Assembly (NCBI GenBank): GCA_951406725.2
Contig: OX597814.1
Location: forward strand, 100,502,001 to 100,566,000
Length of the DNA: 64,000 nt
Direction of reading: 5' to 3'
DNA from: Octopus vulgaris
Lineage: Eukaryota
Shown: one piece after another, positions 56,603 to 64,000 of the stretch
How the letters are laid out: each line of letters starts with the position of its first letter
Numbering within the stretch: position 1 is the stretch's first letter
Position numbers and translations under genes: made by a program
The notes under the pieces: generated by a model
The model's input: only the letters and a program-made list of their open reading frames with translations
What the model was told of the DNA's origin: nothing
Databases searched by the model: none

Positions 56603-56646
<44 letters not shown>

Positions 56647-56912
56647 CTGCCGAGATGGTAAGTTTATTTCTATGCTCGTAGCCCGATTTTTGTTGTGCTC
56701 TTTATTTTTCCAATGATTGCTGGTTGTCTTGAATGCTGGTACCGCGTGCGCCCTATTACAATTATCAATTCATTTAAAAATCTCGGATTTTGCCATTTAT
56801 AGGCTTTTCGTTGATGGCCACCAATATTATTGCTGTTATTATTCATTTTACTAACGATAATAATTAATGATAATATATATATAAAATTATTTTCGAATAT
56901 GTATTAATTAAG

Positions 56913-57018
<106 letters not shown>

Positions 57019-57606
57019 ACGGGCTCCTTTCAGTTTACGTCTACGATTTCCACTCACGAGGTTTTGTTCAGTTCGAGCTACAGTAGAAGACATTTTTCTA
57101 GGTGCAATGTCATGGTTATTCTTGACCGAACTGGGTTTTACCCTTTACCATTTTACACATGCGGACAGACATACACGTATATGTATATAAAATGATATAA
57201 CCTTTTAATTAAAATACCACGGTGCAGTTTTGTTGTTAGCGTATGTAAACCACAATACTCAAGCGGTAAACTGAAATAGTAAAGTTTTGTGGCACATATG
57301 AATATTTCCAGTAATCTAGATTAAAACTTTCAAGACGTGAAGCTCTTTGTACAAAACCGGCACGCGCGCACACGCACGCATAAACGCACACCTATACGTA
57401 CACACATATACGTATATATACATGCATATGTATGCGTGTATTTATGTATGTACGCATGCATTTTAACACATATACATTACGTTTCAGATTTAAATGTCTA
57501 GGGAGAGTCATTTTTTTTTGTGCCTTATACGACTATTGAAAAGGTTGCAAGACGCCAGAAAATGCTTCAACACACGAACTCATATAAAGAATCTTGCAAA
57601 TCAAAT

Positions 57607-57642
<36 letters not shown>

Positions 57643-58557
57643 AATACTTTTTTGAAGAAGTCATATTTCATATAAAATTTAAGAAGCATATTTTTCATGC
57701 TTCAATTTCATTTTATACAGTAAATGCAATGTACTTTAGAAATTGCTTTTTGTTGTGTAGTGGGAAGTGAAGATTATATTACTCATTAAATTATAGTTTT
57801 AATTTCTTCATAAGCATTTAACCTTTACATTATTATCTATCTATGAGATTATTATTATGTGTTCACTTTATGTGACTGTCTGCATTGTTTTTTTTATTTT
57901 AACTTTTTTTTACGCTAGGATATTTAGGGACAACGGAGAGGAAATGAAGAGATGAAAGAAGATGAAATAAAGAAAGAAAAAATAGAATGAGGAAAAGTGC
58001 GAACTAAAGAAAATAAAGAAATACTTGTAGAAACACTAAGGAACATATTTTTTCTTTATATTCGATTGTATTTTTATTTGTAAAAAAAAAACGGTACTTA
58101 TGATCCAAAAACAGGTTCTTGAAGACAATATTTCGCGTTACTGCACCCATATATACCGAAGACCAGATGTCCATCATTTATTAGTGGTCATCGTCCGTAT
58201 ATTTGCACTCAATGAACTCCATACATATTTCGTATAACAGCAGGTATTGCTTCCGTTCACATCCATCACTTCCGGGCTCATTAGAGCTCTTAATAGGGGA
58301 TATATATTGACCTTATTGACCTCTCATTCAGCAAAGCTACACTACATGTCTATATTCATTTCATTGACAAGAATTCTAGAGTTTTCTAAGAAAACAATGA
58401 AATACATTGGGGCTTTACGAAAGGATGTGAACATCCCCTGTAACGTTGTCAGGTGTCTTCCTTCTATCTCAATGTTGGATTTCTGCTCACACGTTTTTCT
58501 ATTTCGCACACACAAATACGCATGTGTATATTTTGTGTGTGAGTTTCTTTTAGGGGA

Positions 58558-58619
<62 letters not shown>

Positions 58620-58861
58620 TGGAAGGCACTGATGATTCATTCTGTCAGAGTTATCAACTTCCGCTAAATAGATAAATCGTTACTGTTGAGTACTTCTCTC
58701 CCATTTGTACCTAGTCCCACCTAAAACACGCATATGCACGCACGCGCACACAACAACCAACCTCACACGCACACATACATATACACACATTGAACGTGAG
58801 AACCTGATCCCATCTACAAGGTATGTGTATCGATATGTATTTCTATGCATGTGTATATTAA

Positions 58862-58905
<44 letters not shown>

Positions 58906-59035
58906 CAGAGAGAGAGAGAGAGAGAAAGAAGGAAACAGAGAGACAGAGTGAGAGAGGGAAGGAGACATACAGAGTGGGAAAATATTTAACTATCGATCTA
59001 TCTGTCTATACATCTATACACACACAACCATTTAT

Positions 59036-59115
<80 letters not shown>

Positions 59116-59974
59116 CCATAAATATATATACATACATATACATATATATATACATATATACATACATATATACATAAATGCACGCATGCATGCATACATA
59201 CATACATACATACACGTACACACATACACACATACACACACACATACACACATACGCACATACGCACATGCGCACATACATACATACATACATACATACA
59301 TACATACATACATACATACATACATACATACATACATTATATAGATACAAGAAAAAGAACAGATAGTATACTTGTTGATTTAACTTTATTTCTAAAATTA
59401 ATATCCATTGAAACCATTAATTACTTATAAATTTCTCCTAAATTTAGATATCAAATTTAACGTTGACTTAATAGTAGAGTCAATGTAGAGTCGTTGTTGA
59501 TATGAAGAAATATTTATGATAATGAATAATAGTTTCAAATTTTGGTACCAGCCCAGCATGTTCGGGGAGCGTTAAGTCGATTATACTGATCCCTGTGCTC
59601 AGTTGGTATATACGTTATCGACACTGAAGAATGAAATACAAAATCGACCTTGGCGGAATTCGAACTCAAAACTTAAAAACAAAGCGAAATGCCACTTAGC
59701 ATTTTACCCGGCGTGCTCACCGCATTATTTATGATACTGAATATCTTTTGCTAGTTACTTGTTTTAGACATTAGACGACAGCTATGTTTGAGCACAGCCT
59801 TGGAGGATTTTAATTGAAAGAAATCAACTCCAATAAGTGTGTGTGTGTGTGTGTGTGTGTTCAGTCTGGTACTTATACTATCGATTAACTATTACTGAAC
59901 AGCTAAGTTATAGGGACGCAACCAAACCAGCACTAACTGTCAAACAGTCAGAGGAAGAATAGACAGACACAAAG

Positions 59975-60008
<34 letters not shown>

Positions 60009-61237
60009 GCAGGCACACACACATTCAAACACACACAAAAGATATATATGAACTGTAGGCTTCCACACAGTTTCCACTAATTACAATAACAAGGCATTGA
60101 TCGTCCTGGGACTATTTTAGAAAATACTTTCTCACCCGAAACCACGTGAGTACAAAGCCAGCTTCCTAACCACAGAGCCATGTCTGCGCATATATTATAT
60201 TAGAATTTTAAACGTCTTTCGGTGATTTAGACTTTATTAATAGGCTTTTTGCAAGTTGTCATCATATGCCAACGAAAACGATGCCGAAGGAAATGGGGAG
60301 AAATGTAGTAATGTAGAAATACAATTTCAACTTAGATTATTTCCGGCTTAGTACGTTTGTTTTTCGGAGGTTTCATTTCAGCTATTAACATCTTATTGCG
60401 AGTAATAATTATTTCGATTTCCTTTCAGTGACTATTTAATGTTCGTCTGTGAAATATATTCTCTCAAAATGTCTCACACTCACAGCCATTTCAACTGTAG
60501 TTATTATGCATTCATAGACACAGACACACACACATATAAACACCCACAAACACGCAGACGCACATTCAAACACACATGCATAAACACTCACACACACGCA
60601 CATGCATACATACACAGGGGGCACACACCCGTGCATACACACACACAAACAGACGCGCACACACGCTCGCACAAATATACTTACGCACGCACATACACAC
60701 CTGCGTGCGTACCAGCTTGCAGATGGTTCTCTTTCTTTGCCCCACGTCTGAAGGTTACTTGAGCTTCTCGAGACATCAGCAACAGCCCGATGGAGAAGGT
60801 CAAATTTCCCAGGTCAGTGCTCTGTATTCCTTCCATGGTAGTGGGCGAACGCGTACCTGATCCCACCTGATTGACGGAGGATGATAAACACTACTACATT
60901 CACATAGCGGTCCTCCTCTGTTGAATTACGGATCCTTTGCACAGTGAGCTCTATCTTACTCCTGGTATGGGTGTTTTCCACATGTTTATGCTTTCATTGC
61001 CATGTCCTAACGCTCCTTGGCAGAATACTCCAACACCATCGTGATGTTTCTAGTATGTCCCTGCTTCCCGTGGCTTCCTGTTACTACTAAACTATATTTT
61101 CTTGTTGATATATACGTATATATAAATATGGATGTATGTGTATATGCATGTATGTGCGTGTGTATGTATGTACGTATGCATTTATGAATGTATTTATGTT
61201 TTCCTGGCAGCTGTGCAACCAGACGTATATATATATA

Positions 61238-62111
61238 TAGGTCTCATCAATAAGCATCTGCATTGTTGTCATAGTAACGAAGCTTAAGCACGCAGAGTAA
61301 ATCCGCTTGGCACAGATTGACCTTCAACACTGTTGTGCGTGTGCACTAAGTTTTAACGTTCTAAGCTCGCATCCACTGTTTACAGTAGTGCTTGGAATAT
61401 AGTATGTGACTTGTGATCGTCGCATTGACCATCATAGAGTAAGGCGTCATGGTGATACCTGCTCAGAGGCCTACGCAAAGGTGCAGAAAGCGTATGGAGA
61501 GGGTTGTGTGAGGCGTACACAAGGGTGCGAGTCGTTCAGACGTTTCCAAGATGGCCGAAAAAATTGTCTATATTGACGAACGTTCTGAGAGACCCGCAAC
61601 TAGTAGAACTGAGAAAGACATCGCAGAACTGAGAAAAACAGCTGTGAGGGGGAAACCGTCGAATCACCATCCGTGAGTTATCAGAGGATGTGTAGATTAG
61701 TTACCATTCAGTTCAGTCCATTGTTACTGACAATTTGTGTATGAGATGCGAGTCTGCCAAGTTTGTACCAAAACTGCTTTCAGCTGATCAAAAAGACTCG
61801 GGTTTCATTTGCACAAAATCTCCTTGATTGTGTCGAGAAAGATGAAAACTTTTGTGTAGGCCTGTGAGTAGGTATCGCCAAGCTTTTGGCAAAATTTGAT
61901 GCAGATTCTCTGCTCAGCTTTCTCTGTCGTGGTCAATGCGACCATCACACGTTACACACCTTCCTTCCAAGTACTGCTGTCACCAGCAGAAGTAAGTCAG
62001 AATGTTGAAAATTAGTGTGTGTGCACAGTAAAGTTTAAGATCAGTTTGTGCCAAGCGAATTTAATCTTCGTCCTTTAGCTTCGTTACTATAACAACAGTC
62101 CGGATACTTAT
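61238..62111 (+). mobile_element. mariner derivative with an inverted duplication of its 5' end
   Basis: Centre translates GDTCSEAYAKVQKAYGEGCVRRTQ..FRRFQDGR..DERSERPATSRTE..RITIRELSEDV..SAKFVPKLLSADQK (mariner HTH region and WVPK-like linker). About 61853-62111 is the reverse complement of about 61240-61475 and encodes EQRICIKFCQKLGDTYSQAY on the minus strand. Confidence 0.85.
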
Positions 62112-62112
62112 C

Positions 62113-62405
62113 AGATAAGCAGCACAGCCGGTCGGCCACATTCAAACGACAGAACAAGTAAAATATATAAGATAATACATATAGCAATGTAATTGAACTT
62201 GGGCCGTTGGCATTTTCTTCTCCTCCTTCTTCTTTGGACTTTTCCTTTTGCCTTTCCGACAAAGAGCTATGCTCGAAACGTTGAACTCTTTCCATGTACC
62301 GAGCGTCAAGCTAATACAGTTCTTGAGCACGTTCACACGATCGTTCTTTTTGTGATGTTTTTGTTTTTATTCGTTTATTTCAATTGTTTGTTTTTCTGAA
62401 TTGAC

Positions 62406-62408
<3 letters not shown>
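62113..62408 (+). mobile_element. Probable Penelope-like pseudo-LTR fragment with a decayed hammerhead
   Basis: CCGACAAA-GAGC-TAT-GCTC-GAAAC-GTT at 62256-62282, then a T-rich tail ending in (AT)n. Confidence 0.5.
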
Positions 62409-62452
<44 letters not shown>

Positions 62453-62484
62453 GTATATATATAAACATAGACAGATAGATATAT

Positions 62485-62556
<72 letters not shown>

Positions 62557-62861
62557 TGTAAATCTATAAATTTGCTTGTATATATTTGCGTATGTATGTG
62601 TGTGTATGTGAGTATACATTATATATAAAATTTAATTATAGTCGACAAATGTGGATAAAAGTATTTAATATATATTGTAGAATATATGTTTAATTTAAAC
62701 CGTTTCCTTTCTCACGTTTCAAATTTCAAATTGCAGCATGATGATAATTGTACGCTAAAGAAATTCGTGTGTGCGCGCGCATGTGTATATGCGTGTGTAT
62801 ATATACATACCTTCGTATGTAATACATTTATGTATGCATACAGACATACATTCACACATAT

Positions 62862-62949
<88 letters not shown>

Positions 62950-64000
62950 TCCACTCACTGGGAACGGTTGGTGAAATTCTTGTATCTTATCAGTGGAATT
63001 TCTTTACATGAAACGGTGCAGAAGCCTGCCGGTTTCAATGCACCAAAACTGAAATCTTTAATAAGTCTGATATAATTGCCTGAAATGTATGAATGCAACG
63101 TAACTAGTATGTCACTAATCTAAATACAAGTAAAACATCTTTTTTCCTTGTACCGATGACTCGGATCCTCTTATAATCTAATTTACAAGCAGGAATTTAA
63201 AATTCCCACGTTCTTCAGACTAGTTTACTAAGTGGCCCATTCGACAGTAGCTTGCACAGCACAGTATTAAAAAATCTCGCATCCTTTATACTAATGTATA
63301 AGTACCTGTATTCCATTCAATTATTTGAGTAAATTTGATATTTGTATAATTTAGCAGTAATCTCTACTTATTCGGCAAACTCAGTGAGTCGGAGAGGTTT
63401 TGGAATCAAAGGATCCAGAAACTATGAATTTTACCTGTATGCAATCAAGGAATTTTGTAGCATGTTTTATTCTCCTCCCTTATCCATGCAATCACCTCAA
63501 CAAACTAAATTCAATTGTAAACATTTCCAAGCTGCAGAAATTTTTTTTTGTGTATATGTGTGTTATTATTCGTTGAGAATGTCTTTGCTGGCAAATTCAT
63601 GATGAAGCCTTTACTCCTTCTCTTGGAAGACTGTAGATGGAAAAATACACCCACATACACGCAGTGTGTGTGTGCGCGCATGTGTGTATGTGCTCGTTTG
63701 TGTATATATACGAATATTTATGATCAATTTACTGGAGACTAAAGTGTTTAATGATTTATATATTTATAAGAGAGCTAATTCATATGTCAACACCTTATAA
63801 TACAGCATGATACAAACTTCCTTCCTCTCTTCATTCATTCGGGCGTACTAAAATTATAGCATACACATATCAATATTCTTAATGATATGTATATGTAGCC
63901 TACTCATATGCAATCGCTTGCTTGTAGTTTTGCCTGACGAAAAGAGAACAAACTGATTGTTAAGCCGTGCTTTGAAACTAAATGTTCAACTATTTGATTC

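Larger units (their letters stand above)
54851..56610 (+). mobile_element. Tandem array of about 3.3 x 535-bp hammerhead-containing units (retrozyme / Penelope-like pseudo-LTR array)
   Basis: AGTGAACACTCTC recurs at 54851, 55386, 55921 and 56456; only three substitutions seen by eye; each full unit has a type I hammerhead; the array ends in (AT)n. Confidence 0.85.

Noticed and set aside
54851-56610. Reading the array as a CRISPR array or an ordinary satellite
   Set aside because: There are no unique spacers and the context is eukaryotic; the complete hammerhead and the junction structure argue against a plain satellite.
61265-61278. RFX X-box-like palindrome GTTGTCATAGTAAC
   Set aside because: It is part of the mariner terminal region and is mirrored in the other arm at about 62083-62096, so it is not evidence of a promoter.

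Overview
AT-rich, microsatellite-dense animal genomic DNA. The SINE/LINE repertoire looks cephalopod (Octopus-like); that is recognition from memory, not a search result. No intact protein-coding gene is evident, and nearly all long ORFs in the track are translated (AT)n, (AAT)n, (ATAC)n or (GT)n repeats. The window is a patchwork of tRNA-derived SINEs, 3' fragments of RLE-type (R4/Dong-like), RTE, CR1 and L1/Tx1 LINEs, non-autonomous Helitrons, Tc1/mariner, pogo and hAT derivatives, and one internally deleted Ty3/Gypsy element with both LTRs and a 5-bp TSD. The standout is 53.5-56.6 kb: a near-perfect 3.3 x 535-bp tandem array in which each full unit carries an intact-looking type I hammerhead ribozyme (retrozyme/Penelope-like). 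The array is joined by a 7-nt microhomology to a 1.3-kb inverted duplication of the flank and is bounded by (AT)n. More degenerate hammerhead-like motifs occur at about 16.6-17.0, 25.9-26.8 and 62.2 kb. Boundaries of degenerate repeats were estimated by eye.
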